Assembly: GCA_016296235.1 (NCBI GenBank)
Contig: JAEDJR010000001.1
Coordinates: 8,582-72,581 of the forward strand
Origin: Oscillospiraceae bacterium
GTDB lineage: Bacteria > Bacillota > Clostridia > Oscillospirales > Oscillospiraceae
Length of the DNA stretch: 64,000 nucleotides
Direction: 5' to 3'
The notes beneath the pieces were generated by a model, which was given only the letters and a program-made list of their open reading frames with translations, ran no database searches and was not told the origin of the DNA. Shown here in pieces: positions 48,699 to 57,310 of this stretch. How positions within the stretch are numbered: the first letter of the stretch is position 1; every line of letters starts with the position of its first letter. A program made the translations under genes and the position numbers.

Positions 48699-48703
48699 AT
48701 GAA

Positions 48704-48732
48704 TTGCAAAGCAGCAGCAAAGCGGATATAAT
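48704..48732 (+). promoter_or_regulatory. sigma-A-type promoter (TTGCAA-17-TATAAT) for murD
   Basis: Hexamers read directly. Back-to-back with the rnpB promoter. Confidence 0.55.
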
Positions 48733-48744
48733 ATAAATAGCTTT

Positions 48745-48880
48745 TATGATGATCGGCTTCAATAAGCATTGCAATTTGTCATTGCGAGCCAGTCCGCAGA
48801 CTGGCGCGGCAATCCGCAATGACAGTGCGGGTCGGAGTCCGTCATAGAAATAAGCGTGCGTATGAAAACCGATCATCATA
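48745..48880 (+). repeat. 136-nt element bounded by perfect 12-nt inverted repeats (TATGATGATCGG / CCGATCATCATA) in the murD leader
   Basis: Inverted repeats read directly. Nested internal hairpins GTCATTGCG/CGCAATGAC (48778-86/48815-23) and GCCAGTC-CGCA-GACTGGC (48788-48805). Confidence 0.6.
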
Positions 48881-48898
48881 TAACTAGGAGAATTAGAA

Positions 48899-48916
48899 AT
48901 GAGGCGATTCGCATGA
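48899..48916 (+). CDS. candidate 5-codon upstream ORF (MRRFA) overlapping the murD start (ATGA)
   Basis: The only strong SD in the leader (AGGAG 48886-48890) sits 8 nt before this out-of-frame ATG. Its TGA overlaps the murD ATG. Confidence 0.25.
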   Translation: MRRFA

Positions 48917-50286
48917 ATTCTCTGATGAAATCCTATTTCAATGCGCTGCGGGGCAAACGAACGGTTGTGCTCGGAATTGGCGTCAGCAACCGTCCCTTGA
49001 TCCGGCTTTTGCTGCAGTATGGGATTTCTGTGACCGCTTGTGACAAAACGCCGCGGGAGGATCTGGAACCGGAGGTTCTGGAACTGGAGCAAGCCGGCGC
49101 GGTGCTGCACGTCGGGCCGGATTATCTGGAAAACCTGACGGCAGATGTGGTGTTCCGGACCCCGGGCATGCATCCCAATATTCCTGCATTGCAGAAGCTG
49201 CGGGAACAGGGAGCCGTGGTGACTTCGGAGATGGAAGCGTTTTTCTCCGTCTGCCCCTGTCCCATTGTGGCAGTTACGGGTTCAGACGGAAAGACCACCA
49301 CGACCACGCTGATTGCGGAGATTCTCCGCCATGCCGGAAAAACAGTCTGGATTGGCGGCAACATTGGGCAGCCGCTGCTGCCTTTGGCAGATCAAATGGC
49401 GCCGGATCACCTAGCAGTGGTGGAGCTGAGTTCTTTCCAGCTGATGAACATGACGCAGTCTCCGCATATTGCCGTGGTTACCAATCTGGCGCCCAATCAT
49501 CTGGATATTCACAAGGATATGGAGGAGTACGTCCGGGCCAAAGAGAATATCTATCTGCACCAGCGTGCGGGCGATCTTCTGGTGCTCAATCTGGACAATG
49601 ACATCACCGCATCCTTTGCGCCAAAGGCTCCGGGGAATGTCTCCTGGTTCTCCAGAAAGTCCGTTCCGCCCTGCGGAGCCTGGCTGGAAGGGGATACGGT
49701 GTATTTCCAGGGGAAAGCGGTTATGACCCGCTCCGGGATTTTACTGCCCGGCCTGCACAATGTGGAAAACTATATGGCAGCTCTGTGCGCCACCCAGGAA
49801 TATGCATCCCCGGAGGATGTGGCGGCGGTGGCCGGGAGCTTTGGCGGCGTGGAGCACCGGATCGAGCTGGTGCGCACACTGGACGGCGTCCGGTACTACA
49901 ACGATTCCATCGCCAGCAGCCCCAGCCGGACCATTGCCGGTCTGCATTCCTTTGACCAAAAGGTCATCCTCATTGCCGGAGGCTATGATAAGCACATCCC
50001 GTTTGATGTGTTAGGTCCGGAAATTACCGCCCATGTCAAGCGGCTGATTCTATGCGGCCATACGGCGGAAAAAATCCGGGAGGCTGTATTGCAGTCGCCG
50101 GACTATCGGGAGGGCGCACCGGAAATCCAGCTCGTCTCCTCCTTGGAGGAAGCCGTAAAGGCTGCCCATGCGCATGCCGAGGCGGGAGATGTAGTAACGC
50201 TTTCGCCGGCCTGTGCTGCCTTTGACCAATTCAAAAACTTTATGGTGCGCGGCAAAGTCTATAAAGATCTGGTGCATGCGCTGTAA
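48913..50286 (+). CDS. murD: UDP-N-acetylmuramoyl-L-alanine--D-glutamate ligase
   Basis: Rossmann N-terminus KRTVVLGIGVSNRPL, P-loop VTGSDGKTTTT and Mur ligase middle and C-terminal domains. Confidence 0.93.
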   Translation: MNSLMKSYFNALRGKRTVVLGIGVSNRPLIRLLLQYGISVTACDKTPREDLEPEVLELEQAGAVLHVGPDYLENLTADVVFRTPGMHPNIPALQKLREQGAVVTSEMEAFFSVCPCPIVAVTGSDGKTTTTTLIAEILRHAGKTVWIGGNIGQPLLPLADQMAPDHLAVVELSSFQLMNMTQSPHIAVVTNLAPNHLDIHKDMEEYVRAKENIYLHQRAGDLLVLNLDNDITASFAPKAPGNVSWFSRKSVPPCGAWLEGDTVYFQGKAVMTRSGILLPGLHNVENYMAALCATQEYASPEDVAAVAGSFGGVEHRIELVRTLDGVRYYNDSIASSPSRTIAGLHSFDQKVILIAGGYDKHIPFDVLGPEITAHVKRLILCGHTAEKIREAVLQSPDYREGAPEIQLVSSLEEAVKAAHAHAEAGDVVTLSPACAAFDQFKNFMVRGKVYKDLVHAL

Positions 50287-50301
50287 GGGAGGACGTGTTC
50301 T

Positions 50302-51021
50302 ATGCTCCATGCTTTGAAGCAATTCCGAAAAAAAACGGAAACCTGCGCAGCTGTGATTGTCGCTGCCGGGAGTTCCAGCCGGATGCAGGGAACGGATAAG
50401 ATTTTGACCTCCCTGCATGGAGAACCGCTGATTGTCCATACCATTCGTGCCTTCCAGCAATGTGACGAGATTACTGAAATTGTGATTGTTACAAGAGAAG
50501 CACTGCTGTCTCAGATGAGCCGCCTCTGCCAGACAAACGGCTTTGACAAAGTATCCATCATCGTTCCCGGCGGCGCCAGCCGGGCGGAATCCGTTTATAG
50601 GGGTCTGGATCATGTATCGGACGCAGAGCTGGTGGCCGTTCACGACGGGGCCAGACCTTTGATTACACCGGAGATTATTGAGAAAACGGTCCGGAAGGCG
50701 GCTGCTTTTCATGCAGCAGCACCGGCTGTTCCCGTAAAGGATACCATCAAAACGGCCGAAAACCGGATTGTCACAGGAACGCCGGATCGTTCGTCCCTCT
50801 TCGCCGTGCAGACGCCCCAGGTGTTTGACTTTGATCTGCTGCGCGGCGCTCTGAAACGGGCTTTGGAAGAAAAACTGCCTGTTACGGACGACTGCTCTGC
50901 AGTGGAAGCCCTGGGCATGTCCGTCTATCTGACCGACGGCTCTGACGAGAATATCAAGGTCACCACGCCGGTGGACCTTTTGCTGGCGGAAGCAATTTTG
51001 AAGGAGAGAACACGTCAATGA
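50302..51021 (+). CDS. ispD: 2-C-methyl-D-erythritol 4-phosphate cytidylyltransferase
   Basis: [13 protein letters not shown]...[11 protein letters not shown]...VQTPQVF. Confidence 0.93.
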   Translation: MLHALKQFRKKTETCAAVIVAAGSSSRMQGTDKILTSLHGEPLIVHTIRAFQQCDEITEIVIVTREALLSQMSRLCQTNGFDKVSIIVPGGASRAESVYRGLDHVSDAELVAVHDGARPLITPEIIEKTVRKAAAFHAAAPAVPVKDTIKTAENRIVTGTPDRSSLFAVQTPQVFDFDLLRGALKRALEEKLPVTDDCSAVEALGMSVYLTDGSDENIKVTTPVDLLLAEAILKERTRQ

Positions 51022-51491
51022 GAATTGGACACGGCTATGACGTCCACCGCCTGACGGAAGGCAGAAAGCTGATCCTCGGCGGCGTGGAGATTCCCTATAC
51101 CAGAGGACTGGACGGGCATTCTGACGCAGATGTGCTGCTCCATGCCATGATGGATGCGATGCTGGGCGCGGCAGCCCTGGGGGACATTGGAGGAATGTTT
51201 CCGGATACGGACGATGCCTATCTGGGCGCCGACAGTACCGTGCTTCTGAAGGAAGTTTGTCTGGCCATTGGACGCAAGGGCTATGGCGTGGGCAATCTTG
51301 ACGCCACCATACTGGCCCAGAAGCCCAAGCTCTCGCCGTATATTCCGGAAATGAAACAGCGGATCGCCCGGGTTCTGCAGGTGGATGCGGACCGGGTCAA
51401 TATCAAAGCGACAACGGAGGAGCACCTGGGCTTTACAGGCAGGGAGGAGGGCATTGCCGCCCACGCTGTCTGTCTGCTGGAGGAGCTGTGA
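51018..51491 (+). CDS. ispF: 2-C-methyl-D-erythritol 2,4-cyclodiphosphate synthase
   Basis: [12 protein letters not shown]...[26 protein letters not shown]. Confidence 0.95.
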   Translation: MRIGHGYDVHRLTEGRKLILGGVEIPYTRGLDGHSDADVLLHAMMDAMLGAAALGDIGGMFPDTDDAYLGADSTVLLKEVCLAIGRKGYGVGNLDATILAQKPKLSPYIPEMKQRIARVLQVDADRVNIKATTEEHLGFTGREEGIAAHAVCLLEEL

Positions 51492-51504
51492 AAAAACGCG
51501 ATAT

Positions 51505-51546
51505 GCCGGCTTTCTGAGGAGAAAACAGAGAGCCGGCGTTTCTTTT
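51505..51546 (+). terminator. rho-independent terminator after ispF
   Basis: 12-bp stem GCCGGCTTTCTG/CAGAGAGCCGGC (one G-U) followed by GTTTCTTTTT. Confidence 0.7.
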
Positions 51547-51584
51547 TGCGGGCAGCGGCATAAGATGGACGGGAGGGTAGACCT

Positions 51585-51839
51585 ATGTATCAGTTTTATC
51601 TCACATTTCGCTCCATGACCCGTGCGCAGAGCGCGGCGATGGCACTGCTCCGAAACGGAATAGCGGCAGCATTTTTGCGATCGCCCAAAAGCCTATCTGC
51701 CCAGGGGTGCGGTTATGCGCTGCAGCTGGATGGCACCAATCTGCAGGCAGCGGCGCTGGTTCTGCGAAGAGAAGGGTTATTCTTTGAACATGCGTACCGA
51801 GTGTATCCCGGCCTGCCTCCGCAGGAGGTGCCGGTTTGA
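51585..51839 (+). CDS. DUF3343-like small protein (putative S/Se carrier-like)
   Basis: 84 aa. FRSMTRAQSAAMALLRNGIAA....P......GCGYAL pattern as I recall for DUF3343. 4-nt overlap with the downstream aminotransferase. Confidence 0.55.
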   Translation: MYQFYLTFRSMTRAQSAAMALLRNGIAAAFLRSPKSLSAQGCGYALQLDGTNLQAAALVLRREGLFFEHAYRVYPGLPPQEVPV

Positions 51840-52948
51840 TCTATCTGGATAACGCGGCAACCAGCATGCCGAAGCCACCGGAAGTCTATGCCGCAGTACA
51901 GGAAGCCATGTTGTCCTGTGCGAGCCTTGGCCGCAGCGGCCATGCCGCAGCCAGAAAAGCAGCCGAGACAGCGTTTCTCTGCCGGCAAGAAGCCGGAGAA
52001 TTGTTTGGAACCGATCCGGAACAGGTTGTCTTTACCATGAATGCGACCCATGGGCTGAATCTCGCAATCAAAACACTGGTAAAGCCGGGAGACCGCGTGG
52101 TTGTGTCCGGCTTTGAGCATAACGCGGTCATGCGGCCGCTCCATCATCTGGGCGCCCAAATTGAAACCGCCGGCTCCAGGCTTTTTGACCCGGATGATAC
52201 CCTGGACGCCTTTGACCACGCTATCACGCGGGATACAAAAGCCGTTATTTGCACGCACGTTTCCAATGTATTTGGCTACGTTCTGCCTGTTGAACAAGTG
52301 GCGGCCCTCTGCCGCCGGCGGGGAGTACCGCTGATTGTGGATGCGGCCCAATCCGCGGGAATTCTGCCGTTATCCCTGAAACAGCTGCAGGCTGCCTTTA
52401 TTGCAATGCCGGGGCACAAGGGCCTGTACGGGCCCCAGGGAACCGGAATGCTGCTTTGCGGCCAAACACCGGACACTTTATTCGAGGGCGGTACGGGGAG
52501 CCTGTCCGCCTCCTTGGATATGCCGGATTTTCTTCCGGACCGGGTGGAGGCCGGAACGCACAATGTACCGGGGATCGCGGGCCTGTTGGCCGGAATCCGA
52601 TACCTGAAGCGGCGCGGTTTGACTGCGGTTCGGCAGGGGGAGAACGCCCTGTTGAGGAAGCTTCATCGGGAGCTGAGAGACCTTCCGATACGGCAGTATT
52701 ATGCCGGCGGCACCCTGCAAACGGGCGTTCTCTCGCTGACTGCCGAAGGCTGGGACTGCGAGGAACTGGCCGCCAGGCTCTCTGATGCGGGGATTGCCGT
52801 TCGGGCGGGTCTGCACTGCGCGCCCATGGCCCACAAATGCGCCGGAACGCTGGAAACCGGAACGATCCGTGTCAGCCTTTCTGACTTCACAACGCCGCAG
52901 GAGATCGACCGTTTTGCGGAAACCTTAGGCGGTATTCTTGGAAATTGA
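51836..52948 (+). CDS. class V aminotransferase (cysteine desulfurase / selenocysteine lyase-like)
   Basis: TTG start with AGGAGG SD. IYLDNAATS...THVSNVFG...DAAQSAG...GHKGLYGPQGTG (PLP lysine). Confidence 0.8.
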   Translation: MIYLDNAATSMPKPPEVYAAVQEAMLSCASLGRSGHAAARKAAETAFLCRQEAGELFGTDPEQVVFTMNATHGLNLAIKTLVKPGDRVVVSGFEHNAVMRPLHHLGAQIETAGSRLFDPDDTLDAFDHAITRDTKAVICTHVSNVFGYVLPVEQVAALCRRRGVPLIVDAAQSAGILPLSLKQLQAAFIAMPGHKGLYGPQGTGMLLCGQTPDTLFEGGTGSLSASLDMPDFLPDRVEAGTHNVPGIAGLLAGIRYLKRRGLTAVRQGENALLRKLHRELRDLPIRQYYAGGTLQTGVLSLTAEGWDCEELAARLSDAGIAVRAGLHCAPMAHKCAGTLETGTIRVSLSDFTTPQEIDRFAETLGGILGN

Positions 52949-53039
52949 TTTTTTTCATTCCCCACCCTTGCCAACCGGCCTCATGTGGGCTATAATTACA
53001 ATGATTATTTGTAGACATTTAGAATGGTGGTGTGGGCCC

Positions 53040-53912
53040 TTGCACGAGATAGCGGATTTTCTCCGGGGCGCTCTGTTCGCATTCCAGAATATGGGTGTGA
53101 CGGATATCCTGGATATCCTGATTGTGTCATTCCTGATATACAAGCTGATCAATTTGGTCCATTCTACCAGTGCTGCAAGAGTGGCCAAAGGCATCATCCT
53201 GATTCTGCTCCTGACCCTGCTGACCGATGTGATGGATTTCTATATGCTGAATTTCATCCTCAGCAAAATCCTGGAGCTGGGATTCATCGCACTGGTGATT
53301 CTGTTTCAGCCGGAATTGCGCCGCGCCCTGGAACGGTTTGGCGGGAAAAACGTAGTGAAGGATCTGGTCAACGGGAAAACGCCGCGCGGCGAAACAGAAA
53401 AGGCCATTTTAGCAACTGTCTCTGCCTGCGAAATCCTGTCCAAAGAGCGCGTCGGTGTTCTTTTGATATTTGAAAGAGAAGCATCCCTGGAAGAATATTT
53501 CAAAACAGGCACTCTGGTTGACGCAAAAACCACGGAGCAGCTGCTGCGCAACCTGTTTTTCCCCAAAGCGTCTCTGCATGACGGAGCCGTGATTATCCGG
53601 GACGGCCGTGTGGCAGCCGCCGGCTGTGTCATGCCGCTGTCGGAGAATCCGCACCTCAACAGCGATCTCGGCACCAGACACCGTGCCGGTATTGGCACCA
53701 GTGAAGTGTCTGACGCAGTGGTGGTGATTGTTTCGGAAGAAACCGGAACCATCTCCGTGGCCATCGGCGGTATGCTGAAACGGCATCTGGCGCCGCAGAC
53801 CCTGGAAAAGCTGCTGATGGCAGAGCTGATTCCCAGCGAAGAAGAGCAGAAAACCCTGATTATCCGCCTGAAACAATTTTTGACCAAGAGGAAGCATACC
53901 AATGCAAAATAA
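53040..53912 (+). CDS. cdaA: diadenylate cyclase CdaA (start uncertain, 52938-53091)
   Basis: Three N-terminal TM helices (DILDILIVSFLIYKL...). DAC domain DGAVIIRDGRVAAAGCVMPLS...GTRHRAGIG...VVVIVSEETG. Confidence 0.9.
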   Translation: MHEIADFLRGALFAFQNMGVTDILDILIVSFLIYKLINLVHSTSAARVAKGIILILLLTLLTDVMDFYMLNFILSKILELGFIALVILFQPELRRALERFGGKNVVKDLVNGKTPRGETEKAILATVSACEILSKERVGVLLIFEREASLEEYFKTGTLVDAKTTEQLLRNLFFPKASLHDGAVIIRDGRVAAAGCVMPLSENPHLNSDLGTRHRAGIGTSEVSDAVVVIVSEETGTISVAIGGMLKRHLAPQTLEKLLMAELIPSEEEQKTLIIRLKQFLTKRKHTNAK

Positions 53913-55185
53913 AAAATGGCTCAGTTTGTTGTGTGCCATTGTGGTTTCCCTGGGACTGTGGGTATATGTGGTCACCGTGGAAAACCCGGAGGGCAGCATT
54001 ACCATCTATAATATTCCGGTGACCTTCTCCGGTCAGGATCTGCTGCGGGAGGACTATGACCTCCTGATTACGGACAGCAACGTTGCCAATGGTGTGGAGC
54101 TGTCCTTTACCGGAAAGCGTTCCGTTCTCACAAAACTGCAGGAGAATAAATCCGAACTGCAGCTGGCAATCAATGTGACCTACCTCAGAAGCGCACAGAC
54201 CTACAGCCTGTCCTATGACATCAACGACCTGACGCTGCCGTCTTCCGTGTCCATCCAGGATCTGGTGCTGGGCACGAAGGACCCGTCTGCCGTGTCCGTT
54301 ACTCTGGAAAACCAGATCAAAAAGACAATCCCCATTGTAATTCAGCAGAATGTCCGCCTCCAGGAAGGTTATATGACGGACCGCCTGACGCAGAATTATT
54401 CTGAAGTTGTGATTGAGGGGCCGCAGAAGGTTATTGATCAGATCAGCAAGGCGCAGGCTGTGCTGGATCGTGAAAATGTCGGGCAGACCATTACGGCGAC
54501 CTTGCCCCTGACGATTGTGAACGATAACGGAGAGCCTGTGGACACCACTTCTCTGTCCTGCAATGTGACAGAGGTGGAAGTGACGCTGCCTGTATTGATG
54601 TATAAAGACGTTCCGCTGGAAGCGCCGCTGATTGAAGGCGGAGGCGCTACCTCGGCGGACGTGGTTCTGGATATCAAGCCGAGGAGTATCCGTCTGTCCG
54701 GCGATCCTGCCGTATTGGAGAGCCTGACCAGCATCAAGCTGTCCAATGTGGACCTGTCCAGCCTGATGACCAACAACGAGACGTTGAGCAGAACCATCGT
54801 GATTCCGGAAGGCTGCACCAACATCAGCGGAGAGCAGGAAGCATCGGTGAACGTGCAGATCAAGAACAAAGCCATTCGCCAGATGCGGATTTCCAGCAGC
54901 AACTTTCAATATATCGGGCTTTCTCCGGAATACGGCGTGAAGTTCAAGACCACGCTGCTTCTGGTGACCATCCGTGCCGGAGAGAAGGACATCAGTCAGA
55001 TCACGGAAGACAATCTCCGGGTGGTTGCCGACTTCACTGCCGTGGAGCCTGGCGATGCAATCTACGTGCCTGTGAAGATTTATATCGACGGCTTTGAAGG
55101 CGCCGGTGTTGTGGCGCCGGACGACTACAGAATACTCGTAGATATTGTCCCTGTGGATGAAATGGGAGAAAGCACAGCGGAATAA
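53902..55185 (+). CDS. cdaR: CdaR (YbbR-like repeat) regulator of CdaA
   Basis: N-terminal TM then repeated YbbR-like beta domains. Overlaps the cdaA end by 11 nt. Confidence 0.8.
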   Translation: MQNKKWLSLLCAIVVSLGLWVYVVTVENPEGSITIYNIPVTFSGQDLLREDYDLLITDSNVANGVELSFTGKRSVLTKLQENKSELQLAINVTYLRSAQTYSLSYDINDLTLPSSVSIQDLVLGTKDPSAVSVTLENQIKKTIPIVIQQNVRLQEGYMTDRLTQNYSEVVIEGPQKVIDQISKAQAVLDRENVGQTITATLPLTIVNDNGEPVDTTSLSCNVTEVEVTLPVLMYKDVPLEAPLIEGGGATSADVVLDIKPRSIRLSGDPAVLESLTSIKLSNVDLSSLMTNNETLSRTIVIPEGCTNISGEQEASVNVQIKNKAIRQMRISSSNFQYIGLSPEYGVKFKTTLLLVTIRAGEKDISQITEDNLRVVADFTAVEPGDAIYVPVKIYIDGFEGAGVVAPDDYRILVDIVPVDEMGESTAE

Positions 55186-55214
55186 CCGCGCATCAGAGCA
55201 TGGAGGGGTTCGTC

Positions 55215-56093
55215 TTGATTAAAAGTATGACCGGATATGGCCGCGCATGCCGTAGTTTTGAGAACCGCGAAATCACGGTTGAGATCCGTTCCGTAAACAA
55301 CCGCTATTTGGATTGCACAGTTAAGCTTCCGAGGATTTATGGCTTTGCTGAGGATCGTATCAAACAGCTGGTCAAGGAACATGTGACACGCGGCAAGGTA
55401 GATGTATTCATTACTGTCGTCAATATGGCCGGTGATGCGGTTCGGATTTCTCTGAATCGCCCGGTGCTGGAAGGATATCTGTCCGCCATGCAAACCATGG
55501 CGGCGGACTATCCGGTGAAGAACGATATTTCCGTAACGGCCTTATCCCGCTTGCCGGATGTATTTTTGGTTGAAAAGGCAGACATGGATGAGGAGGCGCA
55601 GGCCCAGGAGATCCTGACGGCAACGGAGGAAGCGCTCCGGCAGTATGATGCCATGCGTGCTGCAGAGGGAAATGCAATGGAGCAGGATCTGTCGAATCGG
55701 AAAGCTGCGATTCTGGACCTGGTCGCGAAGGTGGAGGCCAGGAGCCCTGTGACAGTTGCGGAGTACCGCGCACGGCTGCAGGCAAAGATGCAGGAGGTGC
55801 TGGCCAGTACCTCCATTGATGAAAGCCGGATCCTGACGGAAGCTGCAGTTTTTGCGGACAAGATTGCCGTTGATGAGGAAACCGTTCGTCTGCGCAGCCA
55901 TTTGAATCAACTGGGCAATATGCTTTCGACCGGCGGCCCCATTGGACGCAAGCTGGATTTCCTCCTGCAGGAGATGAATCGGGAGGCCAATACCATCGGG
56001 TCCAAGGGCAATGATCTGGAGCAGGCGCGTGTTGTTGTTGAGATCAAGGCGGAGCTGGAGAAGATCCGCGAGCAGACACAGAATATTGAATAA
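55215..56093 (+). CDS. YicC family stress-induced protein
   Basis: GGAGGGG SD 6 nt before the TTG. IKSMTGYGRA N-terminus. C-terminal REANTIGSK...IKAELEKIREQTQNIE. Confidence 0.88.
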   Translation: MIKSMTGYGRACRSFENREITVEIRSVNNRYLDCTVKLPRIYGFAEDRIKQLVKEHVTRGKVDVFITVVNMAGDAVRISLNRPVLEGYLSAMQTMAADYPVKNDISVTALSRLPDVFLVEKADMDEEAQAQEILTATEEALRQYDAMRAAEGNAMEQDLSNRKAAILDLVAKVEARSPVTVAEYRARLQAKMQEVLASTSIDESRILTEAAVFADKIAVDEETVRLRSHLNQLGNMLSTGGPIGRKLDFLLQEMNREANTIGSKGNDLEQARVVVEIKAELEKIREQTQNIE

Positions 56094-56105
56094 GCGGGAG
56101 GCCCT

Positions 56106-56378
56106 ATGAAACTAATCAATATTGGCTTTGGCAATATGGTTTCCTCCGGGCGTCTTTTGGCGATTGTCAGCCCGGAATCGGCTCCCATCAAGCGGATTAT
56201 TCAGGAAGCCAAGGACAGAGGCATGCTTGTGGATGCGACCTACGGCCGGCGGACCCGCGCTGTGATTATTATGGATACGGATCATGTGATTTTATCTGCC
56301 ATTCAGCCGGAGACCATTGCCGGTCGAGCGGCAGGGAAAATGGATAACAATGCAGCTGAGGAGGCGGAACTGACATGA
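56106..56378 (+). CDS. remA: RemA/DUF370 family regulator
   Basis: [55 protein letters not shown]. Confidence 0.9.
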   Translation: MKLINIGFGNMVSSGRLLAIVSPESAPIKRIIQEAKDRGMLVDATYGRRTRAVIIMDTDHVILSAIQPETIAGRAAGKMDNNAAEEAELT

Positions 56379-56977
56379 GCGGAAAACTGATCGTCATCTC
56401 CGGCCCTTCCGGCGTTGGAAAGAGCACGGTTCTGAAAAGGGTCATGGAACAGACGCCAAATCTCCATTTTTCGGTTTCGGCTACGACACGTCCCATGCGT
56501 CCCGGAGAAATCGATGGCGTGAATTATTTCTTTGTTTCGCGGGAAGCCTTTCAGCAGATGATCTCCGATGGCGCACTGCTGGAATATGCAGAATATGTCG
56601 GCAACTACTACGGAACCCCTGAAGCACCTCTGGACAAGGCTTTGGCGGAGGGCAGGGATATCCTGCTGGACATTGAAGTGCAGGGCGCCCTGAACGTCAA
56701 ACGCAGACGTCCGGATGCGGTGCTGATCTTTATGCTGGCGCCCTCCTTCCGGGATATTGAAAAACGTCTGACGGGACGCGGAGATACGGCTCCGGACTTG
56801 GTGCGCGGACGCCTGGAACGCGCCCGCTGGGAATATGCCCAGGCTCCCAATTATGATTATCTTGTCATCAATGATGATGTGGATAAGGCCGCGAAGGAGA
56901 TCATCTCCATTCTGACGGCCGAAAAATGTAAAACTGCAGAACGCGTACATTTACTTACGCGCAAGGAGGACGAATAA
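56375..56977 (+). CDS. gmk: guanylate kinase
   Basis: GPSGVGKST...[19 protein letters not shown]. Confidence 0.95.
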   Translation: MSGKLIVISGPSGVGKSTVLKRVMEQTPNLHFSVSATTRPMRPGEIDGVNYFFVSREAFQQMISDGALLEYAEYVGNYYGTPEAPLDKALAEGRDILLDIEVQGALNVKRRRPDAVLIFMLAPSFRDIEKRLTGRGDTAPDLVRGRLERARWEYAQAPNYDYLVINDDVDKAAKEIISILTAEKCKTAERVHLLTRKEDE

Positions 56978-56978
56978 C

Positions 56979-57185
56979 ATGCTTTACCCCCCCATGTCTG
57001 AACTTCTCAAGCATATTGACAGCCGCTATCTTCTGGTCAACGTGGTTGCACGCCGTGCCAGACAGATTTCCATCGAAGCGGAGCAGGAGGGCTATGCCCT
57101 GGCTGATAAGCCCGTCACGCTTGCCATCCGGGAGGTTGCCGACGGCAAGCTCACCGCGTCTGTGAAAGAAGAGTACCTGAGATAA
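56979..57185 (+). CDS. rpoZ: DNA-directed RNA polymerase subunit omega
   Basis: 68 aa. MLYPPMSELLKHIDSRYLLVNVVARRARQI. Follows gmk. Confidence 0.9.
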   Translation: MLYPPMSELLKHIDSRYLLVNVVARRARQISIEAEQEGYALADKPVTLAIREVADGKLTASVKEEYLR

Positions 57186-57209
57186 GAAGTCGGCAGCATC
57201 GGCGAAGAG

Positions 57210-57290
57210 CGAAGAGAGAAAAGAAGAGGGCGTTGCCTGGTCAGGGAGAGTCTCCTCTTCGATTCACTTTTCACTCTTTGTTATTTTCCA
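57210..57290 (+). terminator. long imperfect purine/pyrimidine hairpin, possible terminator or attenuator between rpoZ and priA
   Basis: CGAAGAGAGAAAAGAAGAGG (57210-57229) pairs imperfectly with CCTCTTC..CTTTTCACTCTTTG (57254-57280), followed by TTATTTTCC. Confidence 0.35.
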
Positions 57291-57310
57291 AATGAGTAGG
57301 AGGGTCAGCT

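Noticed and set aside
48249-48736. Plus-strand ORFs (160, 61 and 89 aa) over 48249-48736
   Set aside because: They overlie the minus-strand RNase P RNA, which has universally conserved CR-I/CR-V sequences plus its own promoter and terminator.
48740-48912. c-di-AMP (ydaO-type) or other known cell-wall-linked riboswitch in the murD leader
   Set aside because: I could not recognise the pseudo-twofold ydaO architecture or its conserved ACGGGGA/CCCG-type blocks by eye. It is kept as an unclassified structured element instead, and a covariance-model scan is needed.
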